This document shows positions 20,803 to 31,240 of a DNA stretch of 64,000 bases, one piece after another. The notes under the pieces are model-generated. The model was given only the letters and a program-made list of their open reading frames with translations, had not been told where the DNA came from and ran no database searches. The DNA comes from a virus: positions 1 through 64,000 of IMG/VR virus record IMGVR_UViG_3300032213_002832. The stretch is one strand, 5' to 3'. Position 1 is the stretch's first letter. Every line of letters starts with the position of its first letter. A program made the translations under genes and the position numbers.

Positions 20803-23800
20803 ATGGCGACAAAACTCGATGCCAGGCAGGTAATATCTAGAGATGTTCTAGATCAGATTGCTGCCACTGGAGCAGAACTAGATAATATATTACGTTCAAT
20901 AAATAGTAATGATACCGCTCCGTTATCACTTTCGGTTGCTGGTACAAACCGCATAGTAAATATTGGTTCGATTTTCGTTACCAATCCAGAAACAAATAAA
21001 AACAAAACAATACCAACAATAAGCAATGTACTTCCAGCTTTCACAAGTGGAACAGTCACTGCTCCTGCTACTGGTTCTGGTACGATCACGGTATCCGCTG
21101 GAACTTCTTTAGTAATTGCGATGACATCAAGTCAGTTTTTGAAAATTGGTATTAATATAGATAACCTTGGAAATATCTCACTTACAGCTGGAACCGCTGG
21201 AGCTTCATTAGCTGCGGCTACAGCACCTGCCGCTGTCGCGAATACTTTCAGCCCTGGTTACGTAGTTCTTAGAACCGATGGTTCCAATAACATGGCTAAT
21301 ATACTAAGTTCTGATTTGTATCAGTATGTTGGTGGTGGTGGTGGTGGAAGTGGTAGTAGCAGTTCAACAGAGATTGTTCAAGCTAACACATTTAGTGTTG
21401 GTAATTTAGTTTATTTAAATGGTTCAACATATACTTTAGCTAGAGCTGATTCAGCCAACACCGCTTCAGTGGTTGGCATGGTCTCTGTAGCAAGTAGTAC
21501 TCGCTTTACAATAGTGACTTCTGGTTTAGTGACTGGACTTACTGGATTAACAGTTGGCGCTGATTACTTCTTAGATGGTGTAACAGCTGGTTTAGCCACT
21601 ACTGCTGATCCTACAACAATAGGGTACGTTTCAGCTCCAATTGGTATTGCTGCTAGCGCAACTTCTATGTATATCGCAATTAAGCGTGGTGTGGTCGTTG
21701 GAACTTCCAACGTATTCAATAATATAACATTAGCAAACAATGCGGCTACTACTATTCAAAATATCTCTAGTTTCGCAAATGGTGAAGGTGGGATATTAAC
21801 CGGTACGATTAAGATAGATGCGACTACTGACTATACTTTCGGATTTGAAATTTCATTTACAAAAGATACGGCAGGAGTAATTAACCACTCTGCGCGATAT
21901 TTTGCTGGTGACATCCCTACTTTAGCACTGTTTAGTGTTGGAGTATCTGGTCAAAATATTCAAATTACGTTAGGTTCTCATACTGGATTTGTTGCTGCTA
22001 GTGCTAGATTCCAATTATCAGCGAGTGCGGTAAGCCCAGTATTGACAACAGTTTCCGGATCTGGAGTCAATGAACTTCCTCAAAAGAATTACTTAAAAGA
22101 CTATTATGATGCTAGTGGAACTCTTCCGTCAGTATCCACATTAGCTTCTACAACATCAAACCTTGTATCACTAACAGCTTTCTATGCGGATTCAACTTCT
22201 GGAGCATCTGCGTTAACAATTAATGCTTCTACTCTATTAAGAGGGTCTGCCAACTATTTAACTGCTACAGGCACTTCAAATGCTACTGGTGCTAGATTTG
22301 TTCAGTTTCCAGCCTTTGCTTTAGAGGGAACAGATTTAGGTAAGCCTATCTCTATCTCTTTTGATGTGACTGGCGTGACTACAGATGGAAACTGGGATGC
22401 AGTAATCGTTAGATATAACTCTTCAGGGGTGTATCAGAATACGCTATCAATCGCGGGTAACGTGTCTAGTGCTTCAGCTTTTCCAAGTGCAAAACTCCCT
22501 ACTGGTACTACAACTTTCAACGGCTTCTTTGTTCCTGACAGCACAACAGCGAGTGATATTTATGCTTTACGTTTAAGATCACTAGCTAACACGGTACAGA
22601 TTAGAGTCGATACCCTCTTCGTGGGCCCTCAGCCGATTAGAGTGGGGAATGCTAGGACCGGTAGACAGAGCTATACCCCTACTGGCCCATATACCGGCAC
22701 AACTACCTATACAGGCTTTTGGAGTAGAGATAATGAAGACATCCTATTAGACATTGATATTGAATTTTCAGGTGCTCCGACTGGAACCAATGCACTCTTC
22801 ACTTACGCTCAGTTATTAAATGGTTTGGGATTAACTGTTGACACAACTAAATTGCCAAATCTTGCCTTATCCTCCCCACCATGTGGAACGTGGTCGATAA
22901 ACGATTCTGGTACAGCAATATATAACGGTGCCGCAACTTTAAATGGTGCCAATGGTCAAGTAGAATTATATTCGGCAGCAGGGGTATTAGTTACTAAAAC
23001 AGCACCACTTACAATTGGTGCGGGCGATAATATGAGTATGTCCATTCGCCTCCCTATCACCGGCTGGTCATCCAACGTAACCATGGCAGATCGGAGCGTT
23101 GAAGAATACTCCTTTAACACCTCTACAACGGATACTAACGACACTACAGCTTTTGGTTATGGAATTTCGGGTAATACCTTCCCAGGCACTTTAACTACGG
23201 CTAAAACTAAACGGGTAAGATTTACAACACCTATTCAACCGACAGATATTCTAATCGTCGAAAAGAAATACTCAGGCGATTCATACTGGACGCCGATGAT
23301 AACAGAATCGGACTCAACAGCCGGGTCTCAGGTTATTTCAACTTTTTCTGCTTCAAGTGAGGTAGGCTTTGGCCAACTTAGAATAGTAAATAGTACTGAT
23401 GTTGATGTGGTATTTAGGCGATATAGAACAGGTACAACCGACTGGACTACGGCCCTGGGATCTTGGCGAGTCCGTAAAGTCTCAGGCGGCGCACAAGTTG
23501 GCTATCCAATCTCATCAGCTAACATAGTCGGTAGGGTCGATGGCAATGCACCTGCAACGGGGATGGTTGGACAATTATTAACTGAGACTACAACAGCCAA
23601 TGGTGGAACAAATACTGTAACTAATAATACACAAACAAATATTCGAGTTTTAAGTTTACCGGCTGGAGTCTGGGATGTCGTTGGATATGGTAGCGTAGTT
23701 ACTTTACCTACTGGTCCTATTAGACAGATTTTGGGTTTAAGTACGATCTCAGCTACAAATGGAACTCAAGCCATTGATAGACTTGATTACCCATACCCTG

Positions 23801-23952
23801 CCACATTAACAGGTAGTTTTGGAACATCTACTCCGATAGTTCGTTTTAATTTGTCAAGCACTACTACCATTTATCTAGTAGCATATTCAAGTGGTACATC
23901 TGGTAGTACCACTTTTGATGGCGGTTCAATTCGAGCAACTAGAATAGCATAA
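20803..23952 (+). CDS. Tail fibre / receptor-binding protein
   Basis: 1049 aa, Gly/Ser linkers between beta-rich modules; C-terminal LPAGVWDV...IRATRIA domain. Confidence 0.65.
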   Translation: MATKLDARQVISRDVLDQIAATGAELDNILRSINSNDTAPLSLSVAGTNRIVNIGSIFVTNPETNKNKTIPTISNVLPAFTSGTVTAPATGSGTITVSAGTSLVIAMTSSQFLKIGINIDNLGNISLTAGTAGASLAAATAPAAVANTFSPGYVVLRTDGSNNMANILSSDLYQYVGGGGGGSGSSSSTEIVQANTFSVGNLVYLNGSTYTLARADSANTASVVGMVSVASSTRFTIVTSGLVTGLTGLTVGADYFLDGVTAGLATTADPTTIGYVSAPIGIAASATSMYIAIKRGVVVGTSNVFNNITLANNAATTIQNISSFANGEGGILTGTIKIDATTDYTFGFEISFTKDTAGVINHSARYFAGDIPTLALFSVGVSGQNIQITLGSHTGFVAASARFQLSASAVSPVLTTVSGSGVNELPQKNYLKDYYDASGTLPSVSTLASTTSNLVSLTAFYADSTSGASALTINASTLLRGSANYLTATGTSNATGARFVQFPAFALEGTDLGKPISISFDVTGVTTDGNWDAVIVRYNSSGVYQNTLSIAGNVSSASAFPSAKLPTGTTTFNGFFVPDSTTASDIYALRLRSLANTVQIRVDTLFVGPQPIRVGNARTGRQSYTPTGPYTGTTTYTGFWSRDNEDILLDIDIEFSGAPTGTNALFTYAQLLNGLGLTVDTTKLPNLALSSPPCGTWSINDSGTAIYNGAATLNGANGQVELYSAAGVLVTKTAPLTIGAGDNMSMSIRLPITGWSSNVTMADRSVEEYSFNTSTTDTNDTTAFGYGISGNTFPGTLTTAKTKRVRFTTPIQPTDILIVEKKYSGDSYWTPMITESDSTAGSQVISTFSASSEVGFGQLRIVNSTDVDVVFRRYRTGTTDWTTALGSWRVRKVSGGAQVGYPISSANIVGRVDGNAPATGMVGQLLTETTTANGGTNTVTNNTQTNIRVLSLPAGVWDVVGYGSVVTLPTGPIRQILGLSTISATNGTQAIDRLDYPYPATLTGSFGTSTPIVRFNLSSTTTIYLVAYSSGTSGSTTFDGGSIRATRIA

Positions 23953-23963
23953 AAGGAAACAAT

Positions 23964-25100
23964 ATGGCTTCTTCAATTTCATTACCAAGTTTTGCGGCAA
24001 AAACGTCAAACATACTAAACCCAGATGGCACTTCTATTGACCAAAGCTTTGCGCCAATCAATGGTGGCATGTTTAGAAACCGTATTATCAATGGGGATAT
24101 GCGAATAGATCAGAGAAATTCAGGCGCAGCCGTAACGGTAAACACTGCCGGTGCTTTTTACGCCACGGATCGCTTCAGGCTTTCAGGTAAGGTTGCTGAT
24201 GGTGTTTTTACTGGACAAAGAGTTGCTGATGCCCCAACCGATTTTACCAACTCATTAAAAGTTACAGTTACAACTGCTGATGCTTCACTTGGAACGTCAG
24301 ATAGCTATTATGCTGTTCAGTTTATTGAAGGGAATCATGTTGCGGATTTTGGTTTTGGTGCGTCCACGGCTAAAACAGTAACACTTTCTTTCTGGGTTAA
24401 GTCTTCTTTAACAGGGACATTTGGTGGTGCTTTATCAAATTCAGCAGTAACAAGATCTCTAGCCTTTTCTTACTCGATACCTGTGGCAAATACTTGGACT
24501 AAAATTACAATGTCTTTAGCTGGTGATACCACAGGTACTTGGCTTATAGATGAAGGTATCGGTCTACGAATTTATTGGGGACTTGGTGTCGGCACAAGTT
24601 TAAGTGGAACTGTTGGAACGTGGTCTGCTTCACAGCTCATCTCTGCTACAAGTGCGGTTTCTGTTATTGGGACAAACGCGGCCACTTGGCAGATAACCGG
24701 TGTTCAAATTGAGGCAGGTTCTTCTGCGACAACATTTGAAATCAGACCATATGCGTTAGAAGAAACTTTGTGTCGTCGATATTATTATCATTTAACAAAT
24801 GCTGGAACTCCTCCTGTAGGAAATTCTGCTAACTATTTGACTACACGTGTTTTTGGTAACTGGGTTCTACCTGTTGCTATGAGAGGTGCTCCGGTTATAT
24901 TAACAAGTGGTACCAACTCTATACAACTTTTTTGTGGTGGCACTACTGCTGCAAGTACAGCCATAGCAGCTGGACCAGTATCAAGAAATACTATTGAACT
25001 CTCTGTAGACCATGCTGGCGGTGCTCCATTATCTACAGTTGGAAATGCTTCATTTATGCGTGTTCAAAACGGATATATAGCAGCAGACGCAGAATACTAA
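23964..25100 (+). CDS. Receptor-binding / carbohydrate-binding fibre protein
   Basis: FRNRIINGDMRIDQR...TLSFWVKS...ITGVQIEAGSSATTFE...LCRRYY is a common phage fibre-tip CBM-like pattern. Confidence 0.65.
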   Translation: MASSISLPSFAAKTSNILNPDGTSIDQSFAPINGGMFRNRIINGDMRIDQRNSGAAVTVNTAGAFYATDRFRLSGKVADGVFTGQRVADAPTDFTNSLKVTVTTADASLGTSDSYYAVQFIEGNHVADFGFGASTAKTVTLSFWVKSSLTGTFGGALSNSAVTRSLAFSYSIPVANTWTKITMSLAGDTTGTWLIDEGIGLRIYWGLGVGTSLSGTVGTWSASQLISATSAVSVIGTNAATWQITGVQIEAGSSATTFEIRPYALEETLCRRYYYHLTNAGTPPVGNSANYLTTRVFGNWVLPVAMRGAPVILTSGTNSIQLFCGGTTAASTAIAAGPVSRNTIELSVDHAGGAPLSTVGNASFMRVQNGYIAADAEY

Positions 25101-25117
25101 TCTAAAAAGGAAACACA

Positions 25118-25561
25118 ATGGCGATTAAAGCGATAAATACATTAGGCGCAGATGGTATAGCAATACCTACGGGGTATGCCGGTGAAGAATTAACACAATC
25201 TCAAACAACATCTGTAAACTTTGGCACTACTGGAACCTACTTTGACGCTTGTAGCGTGACATTAACTCCAGGTATATGGGATATTACCGGATCAGCATAC
25301 TGCGGATCTGCTGGAGCTACTGTTACAGCTATGGAGGGATTTATTGGAACTGCTTCTGGCAATAATAACACAGGTCGTCTTTTTTATGCTAACGCATTTG
25401 GTATTTTCTTGCCAAACGCCTCAATGAATGGTAGCGGGTGTGTATCAGGGTACAGGGTAGTTGTAACTTCTACTACAACATATTATTTGAAACTAACAGC
25501 CAACTATTCTGCCGGTACGCCTCAATACTACGCAAAAATAAGAGCTGTGAGAATTTTATAA
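25118..25561 (+). CDS. Small fibre-tip module, paralogue of the C-terminus of 20803..23952
   Basis: DGIAIPTGYAGE, LTPGIWDI, STTTYYL and KIRAVRIL align with DGNAPATGMVGQ, LPAGVWDV, STTTIYL and SIRATRIA. Confidence 0.65.
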   Translation: MAIKAINTLGADGIAIPTGYAGEELTQSQTTSVNFGTTGTYFDACSVTLTPGIWDITGSAYCGSAGATVTAMEGFIGTASGNNNTGRLFYANAFGIFLPNASMNGSGCVSGYRVVVTSTTTYYLKLTANYSAGTPQYYAKIRAVRIL

Positions 25562-25570
25562 TTCATAAAA

Positions 25571-25912
25571 ATGATTAAACTTATAACCCACATATCAGAT
25601 GTTGTTAAAGGCAAAGCCTCACTTTTTAGACCAAGATCTTCTAAGTGGCCAGCCCTAAGGAAGTCTTTTCTAGAATCTCACCCAGAATGTGCGGCGTGTG
25701 GCTCTAAGGAAGATTTAGAAGTCCATCACGTCAAAAGCTTTCATCTTAATCCAGACTTGGAACTAGATCCAAAGAATCTCATAACTCTTTGCGATAAGCC
25801 GGGGCCAGACAATCACCATATGCGGGTGGGACATCTAAATAATTGGCGGTTAGAAAACCCAAATGTAATTACTGACGCAAGAAAAATTAGAAATTCATTA
25901 AAAGATGTCTAA
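25571..25912 (+). CDS. Small HNH endonuclease
   Basis: CAACG...LEVHHV...NLITLC...HH motif. Confidence 0.8.
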   Translation: MIKLITHISDVVKGKASLFRPRSSKWPALRKSFLESHPECAACGSKEDLEVHHVKSFHLNPDLELDPKNLITLCDKPGPDNHHMRVGHLNNWRLENPNVITDARKIRNSLKDV

Positions 25913-26699
25913 ACAATTAGAAACTTATAAAAAACTAGCACCACGAGGTTGGTATCACTCTAACAAATGTGATGCCATTCTTTTTGACGCATTAAGACAT
26001 GTTGCTCTTAACGAGCAATTCGATATTGAAAGAGCTAACAACAATGGGATGTGGCTTAGACGACCTAAAGAGTGTGGTGATTGTGGAGCAACAACTTCAC
26101 GAGATATGTTAATTGGTATTCTAACTTATATTAACCATTTTAAAAGAGCAGATTTAGCCCAAGAACTTTGGGATTATGGTGTTAAACATCTTTGGAAGAT
26201 GGGTATAGAAACTGAACACCCAAATACAAGAGTTTGGGCTACACCAAATATCATCTTCACATTAGCAGCAATTAAGAACAAACTCACTGGTTCTAAAAAT
26301 ATTCTAGGGTATTTACCAATATATCCTTTATCTACAGCAGAAGGATATCCAAGTCATTTAACAGCTTTGTTGATAGACCTTAGAGGTAATGTTAAAGGTA
26401 GTATTAATTTCTATGAGAAGAGTGTTTTAAGAAAACTCGCTGACAAAAATCCTAACAACCCTCTTATTTTAGCATTGTGCTATAAGTGGTTGGGTAATAT
26501 TGCTTACAAAGCTTTAGCTATGAAGATAGTTGAGAGAATTTGGCCAAGTGATCGATTAGCCAATACAACTGATTGGGATGAAGAGTGGTATACACAGAGA
26601 GCTGAAGGTGATAAAAACCTTAAGCCAGATTTAGCTACACCTCTTAAAGATCACTGTGGTGGAGATTTACTTTACGTTTACCACGTTTTAAACTCATAA
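25905..26699 (+). CDS. Hypothetical protein (helical, Trp-rich)
   Basis: 264-aa ORF overlapping the HNH stop; no family recognised. Confidence 0.55.
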   Translation: MSKQLETYKKLAPRGWYHSNKCDAILFDALRHVALNEQFDIERANNNGMWLRRPKECGDCGATTSRDMLIGILTYINHFKRADLAQELWDYGVKHLWKMGIETEHPNTRVWATPNIIFTLAAIKNKLTGSKNILGYLPIYPLSTAEGYPSHLTALLIDLRGNVKGSINFYEKSVLRKLADKNPNNPLILALCYKWLGNIAYKALAMKIVERIWPSDRLANTTDWDEEWYTQRAEGDKNLKPDLATPLKDHCGGDLLYVYHVLNS

Positions 26700-26908
26700 A
26701 AATCTTTAATAAGCTTTTTAGCACCATTACTATATATTCGAGTAATAATAGATAATCTATTAGCAGACATCTCAGCTTTTTTATAACGTGAAATCATTTC
26801 ATACATTTCAAGAGTTTTTTCTTTAGTGGGTTCTTTTTCCCACCTTGCGTGATAGCCTTTTAGAAGACCAAAAGCAAGTCCTAATGGTAAATCATCATCT
26901 AATTTCAT
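26678..26908 (-). CDS. Hypothetical protein
   Basis: Last gene of the leftward operon, ATGA-coupled. Confidence 0.5.
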   Translation of the reverse strand: MKLDDDLPLGLAFGLLKGYHARWEKEPTKEKTLEMYEMISRYKKAEMSANRLSIITRIYSNGAKKLIKDFYEFKTW

Positions 26909-27111
26909 AATTTATCCCTAAATTTTCTATATTCTGCCAAATTCTTATAAGCTATATCAATATCTAGAACTCCATAAGGTATGAGTATCTCTATAGTGAA
27001 ACACTTATGCTTGTGTTTTTTATTATGGAAATACCAGTTAATACCAAGTTTGGCATTAAAATCATGAAAACTATCCTCATACTTATAATATCTAACAAAA
27101 ATCATACTCAC
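26905..27111 (-). CDS. Hypothetical protein
   Basis: 68 aa, tightly packed in the operon, AGGAG SD. Confidence 0.5.
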   Translation of the reverse strand: MSMIFVRYYKYEDSFHDFNAKLGINWYFHNKKHKHKCFTIEILIPYGVLDIDIAYKNLAEYRKFRDKL

Positions 27112-27115
27112 TCTC

Positions 27116-27979
27116 CTAAAGTAATTTTGGTCTAATTCTGGTAATTGGTTCTGGTATTAAACCCGTAATACTAAAATCTGTAGCAATATAATTAGGTACA
27201 CCTGGATAATGGATACTAGAATGAGTGTTATTGTGTGGACCAGAGTAGTTATATTCTAAATATGGCGTATGACGGTGGTGTAAATCTACGTCATAATCTT
27301 TGATAATATTCGCAACTTCTAAATGACTAGATTCATTGTAGATATGACAATCACCGCCAATCCACTGATATGTGCCAACTTCTCTACCAGAGTGATAGGC
27401 CAAGAATGTAAGTAGTGACCAATGTTGTATTAGGTTGTGTGGTAATCCTAGGAGTACATCGCACGATCTTTGGTATTGGACCATGTGAACCTTATTAAAA
27501 CCGTCAACAAAGAATTGAACAAAAGACATATGACATGTACTTGGTGTTGCTGGGTTATCATTGTATTCTGTTATTTTGGCCATATTTTCTGGATCCCAAA
27601 CCGTTAAGCACAACCTTCTAGAAAAGGGGTTATTTTTTAGCCCGTCGAGAAGATATTTAATCTGATCAAAGGCTACAGAATCTCCTCTTAATTGTTCGGG
27701 ATAGCCGCCGAAATAATGTCCAGTGGGATTTAGTTGTCCAGCCCACCAATCTTTTAAATCATCAGGACATTTAACGTTGCCGCTCATGAACCACTCCATC
27801 TCTTTCATAGCCTTCTTAGCTGCAGTAGGCCTTAGAGTTACTAATGGTAGAGAGTCGAACACCATTATATTCTGTGTAAAGTTTCGAAATACCCCGTGAT
27901 TGCGTGTAATAATATTATCACCAAATGTAAGTATTTTAGTGATTAAACTCTGATATTGTTTATCTGCGTCAGTACTCAT
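27116..27979 (-). CDS. thyA: Thymidylate synthase
   Basis: PFSRR, catalytic PSTCH, YQRSCDVLLGLPHN, GDCHIY. Confidence 0.93.
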   Translation of the reverse strand: MSTDADKQYQSLITKILTFGDNIITRNHGVFRNFTQNIMVFDSLPLVTLRPTAAKKAMKEMEWFMSGNVKCPDDLKDWWAGQLNPTGHYFGGYPEQLRGDSVAFDQIKYLLDGLKNNPFSRRLCLTVWDPENMAKITEYNDNPATPSTCHMSFVQFFVDGFNKVHMVQYQRSCDVLLGLPHNLIQHWSLLTFLAYHSGREVGTYQWIGGDCHIYNESSHLEVANIIKDYDVDLHHRHTPYLEYNYSGPHNNTHSSIHYPGVPNYIATDFSITGLIPEPITRIRPKLL

Positions 27980-28266
27980 TTATCACCCCTTTCATCTACC
28001 CAAACCTCCCAATCTGCCATTAATTCCGCAAAGGCATATTTGTATACCTCTGCTTTATCATCTTCATTCAACATTGTACCGTCATTACAAACATTAGAGA
28101 TATTGATTATATAATGATCTAATTCCAAAGCTGGAATACCCCTATTACCGTCAGCATCTTCACCGTATGTTGTTTTATAATAGGTAAGCTCTATCTCAAC
28201 TTCGACAGATTTATCCTCTATACCGTAAGAGATGACAAGATTTTTATTTAAAGTATTTGATCTCAT
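27976..28266 (-). CDS. Hypothetical protein
   Basis: 96 aa, acidic, YGEDADGNRG motif; coupled to thyA. Confidence 0.55.
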   Translation of the reverse strand: MRSNTLNKNLVISYGIEDKSVEVEIELTYYKTTYGEDADGNRGIPALELDHYIINISNVCNDGTMLNEDDKAEVYKYAFAELMADWEVWVDERGDK

Positions 28267-28276
28267 ATAGTCTCCG

Positions 28277-28690
28277 TTAATTAAAATAACCTTCTAAAAA
28301 CAAGTGACCTATATCTACAGTTTCTTCTCTAGGCTTTTTTGTCTTATTAACGTAATCATCACCCCAAGTAACAACTACACTATCAACCTGAAGATCTCGC
28401 CATGTATCATCAATATTTTCATTATTATTCCAGACAATAGAGATATGGGCATCTGTATCAAGCATACAGATATTATTATTTAACTTAGTAGCCGCATCAT
28501 CTAGCATAGTATTGAAATCTACAAACGTTTCACTATTCTTAATTGCGATATCCATATCTTTTACAAAATCAGCAACAGTATTATATATGTTTTGCTGACG
28601 TTCAATCTTATTACGCATATAGCGAATCTTATCTTGCTTTGCTTTTATAAGTTTACGTATATTATCGCGCGCTTCAGACATCTTTAACAC
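28277..28690 (-). CDS. Hypothetical protein
   Basis: 137 aa; overlaps the primase stop. Confidence 0.55.
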   Translation of the reverse strand: MLKMSEARDNIRKLIKAKQDKIRYMRNKIERQQNIYNTVADFVKDMDIAIKNSETFVDFNTMLDDAATKLNNNICMLDTDAHISIVWNNNENIDDTWRDLQVDSVVVTWGDDYVNKTKKPREETVDIGHLFLEGYFN

Positions 28691-29564
28691 TCTTTAAAAA
28701 GAATTTAACTAAACCATCTTTACCTTCTGAACGTAGAATATCATTCCAGTCTACAGAATCATCCTCTGTTAAAGCATAATGAGTAATAGCATCGGCATTC
28801 TTAAGTTTAGCCAACATTGACATGCCTGCCTCATCAGAATCTGACGCACATATTATACGAAACCCTTGATCTTTAAGGTCTTTAATCATCTCAATATGGT
28901 GTTGAGAAACGCCAGATCCAGATAGAGCAATTGCTTTAAAAGGATTGTTTAGTACGCCATCATACTTTTCATTGAATGCCTGTTGTAAACTAATAGCATT
29001 AAACGCACCTTCACAAACTATCACTGCTTTAATCTTGGTTCTAAAAGGAACCTGATTCCACCCATAAGCTAATAGGCCTAGTCTGGTACCTGGCATTGTA
29101 TCTATTTTTCTTTCGTTATCATCTTCATCTATCCAAGGAGTAATGAAACGTATTTGTGCTCCACAGAATGTGCCATCATAATAGTAGGGAAACACTATAC
29201 CTTTACGTTGAGTATCATAATACATTCCGTCATCTGGATCTATTCCGCGAGACTTAATATATTCAACACCTAGTTTTGCTTGAGAATCATATAGTGGTAT
29301 GAAGTTTCTTGGCCAATTCATCTTCTGAACTTCATTATTTTTAGCTTCTTGAAAATCAAAATCATTCTTCAAGAACTCAGATAGTGTTAATCCAGCTAAT
29401 GCGCAATATTGATATATAGAGTAACCACGTTGACACTTACCAACACAGTAAACCCATATATCGCCCGAGTCAGCGTCGGAGTGCCAATGTAAACACGCAT
29501 TTTTGCGGCCTCCCTTACAAATTAAGCAATGTTTGGTAGATATTAAGTCTGTATCGTTAGTCAT
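28674..29564 (-). CDS. DNA primase (Zn finger + TOPRIM)
   Basis: CLIC...H...C..C Zn finger; VCEGAFNAISL and SDSDEAG TOPRIM motifs; start moved to ATG at 29564 (SD AAGGAG). Confidence 0.88.
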   Translation of the reverse strand: MTNDTDLISTKHCLICKGGRKNACLHWHSDADSGDIWVYCVGKCQRGYSIYQYCALAGLTLSEFLKNDFDFQEAKNNEVQKMNWPRNFIPLYDSQAKLGVEYIKSRGIDPDDGMYYDTQRKGIVFPYYYDGTFCGAQIRFITPWIDEDDNERKIDTMPGTRLGLLAYGWNQVPFRTKIKAVIVCEGAFNAISLQQAFNEKYDGVLNNPFKAIALSGSGVSQHHIEMIKDLKDQGFRIICASDSDEAGMSMLAKLKNADAITHYALTEDDSVDWNDILRSEGKDGLVKFFLKSVKDV

Positions 29565-30225
29565 AACGTGCTCCTTTACTGACATTATCTTTGCCCCACA
29601 AAGGTTGTAAATTGCTATAATGACATGCTTGTTTTAATTGCTCTATATCTGTTAAATCAAATAAAATTAAAGGTTTTATATGATCTATATGCCATTTTCC
29701 ATAGTTATCCCAGGACATATTATCTGTAAACTTAGATTCTAAGTGTAGAACTAAATCATCCAGTGAACATCCCAAATACTCAGGTAAAGAGCAGGACTTA
29801 TTCTTTACAGCGATCCAGATACGTGTTCTAATTCTTGCCGCAATTTTAGCGGATATATTGCTATCTAAATATAACTTATGACTTCTGTTTATTTTATCTT
29901 TATTGTTTTGATAGTATTTTTGTTTTTTAATTCTTATTTCTTCTTTATTAACCTCTATATTAGCTTTTATTTTATCTTTGTTATTACTGTAATAATCTTT
30001 TTTATATTCTTTAGTTTTATCTAATAGAATTTGTTTGTTTTCTTTAAAATACTCTTTCGCATAAGTTTTTAACTTATCAGTATTATTTCTATAATAAGCA
30101 ACCATTTTTGTAGCTTCTTTATCACGATTATTTTCATACCATTGTTTCTTGTAGCATTTTTTACAGTATCCCTTTACTAATTTAATGGAGGGATTATTAC
30201 AGGATATACAAGTGGGATTAGTCAT
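29557..30225 (-). mobile_element. Free-standing HNH homing endonuclease gene between helicase and primase
   Basis: WHIDHIKP...HYSNLQPLW..DN..KG; K/Y-rich helical N-terminal repeats; start at 30225 (SD GAGGA). Confidence 0.85.
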
Positions 30226-31240
30226 CAGTTTCCTCTTTAGAGGCTTCACCGTCTATTAGATTTTTAAGATCACTAATCTTTTCATTTCTCAATTTCTGTA
30301 ATGCTTCTTCAGATATGTTAACATATCTGCCTTTATCAAAGGCACAGGCAATTCTTTGTCCGGCTAATCCGAACCTGTCCTTAACTATCACGAAGTCTGA
30401 TGTTTTCTCTTCGAAGTTAGGGATTACTTCGAGTACTACAGTGCTGGTTTCGTATATATCAGCGCAATGTTTTATTCTATTATCTAGATCTTTATTGTTA
30501 CGCTTACCTAATGAGTGTAGCTGTGCGAACACCACTACTGGAATCTCTGCGCGTTTAATAAACTGACCTAGCCATATACGGAAGTCGTTAAGGACTTCAT
30601 AAGAGCCTGCGTCTGGTCTATCTATTGATTTTTTGATAAGCTGATAGTAATCCAACATTACACAACTATAATCGCTATTCATCACAGAGGACAGAAGTGC
30701 CTTAACACCTTCAACTGTTGCTGTGGCATTCTCTATGGTTTTTGTAGAGAAATTAACATCAGCTACTTTAACACATTGCGCAATCTGTGGTATTAGTTTG
30801 ACGCACTCTTTCTGTCTTGAAGAAGGCATTAAACCTTTCTTGTATTCATTGAAATTAGCACCAAGGTGTAAACATGCTATGCGCATATATACATCTTCTT
30901 TAGATTCTTCGTTAGTGATAACTAAACTCTTCTTACCTTCACGCCAAAGTGGATAAGAGACGTTCGCAGCAATTGTTGATTTACCGTTACCAGAATAACC
31001 GCATATAAGATATAGGTTCTCTTTTGTAAATGGTACAGCAGCTGTGATAGTACTATTGATAAAGGTAATTCGTTCTTTTAACATAGCATTGTATCGTGCT
31101 ATGTTTTTAAACATCTGTACGACATCATCTTTATTGCCAAGATCATTTATCTCGTCATATGAGATATCTATCTTTGTGGGTTCTTTTTGAGCGCCTTGTA
31201 AAATACGGCTAATTTTATCTGGAGCTATTTTCGCCATCAT
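30218..31240 (-). CDS. Replicative SF4 (DnaB-like) helicase, ATPase domain
   Basis: Walker A GYSGNGKST; VMLDYYQLI; VVFAQL; IVKDRFG. Confidence 0.85.
   Translation of the reverse strand: MMAKIAPDKISRILQGAQKEPTKIDISYDEINDLGNKDDVVQMFKNIARYNAMLKERITFINSTITAAVPFTKENLYLICGYSGNGKSTIAANVSYPLWREGKKSLVITNEESKEDVYMRIACLHLGANFNEYKKGLMPSSRQKECVKLIPQIAQCVKVADVNFSTKTIENATATVEGVKALLSSVMNSDYSCVMLDYYQLIKKSIDRPDAGSYEVLNDFRIWLGQFIKRAEIPVVVFAQLHSLGKRNNKDLDNRIKHCADIYETSTVVLEVIPNFEEKTSDFVIVKDRFGLAGQRIACAFDKGRYVNISEEALQKLRNEKISDLKNLIDGEASKEETDD

Noticed and set aside
621-23144. Many short antisense or alternate-frame ORFs in the track overlapping the long structural genes
   Set aside because: They are fully nested in long genes, lack SDs and are expected shadows of biased codon use
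20803-25561. Diversity-generating retroelement or invertible tail-fibre shufflon
   Set aside because: No reverse transcriptase, invertase, near-identical TR/VR pair or inverted cassette was seen
27116-27979. dNMP hydroxymethylase indicating modified-base DNA
   Set aside because: YQRSCD and LGLPHN (Asn at the dUMP-specificity position) fit ordinary ThyA, and no modification cluster lies nearby
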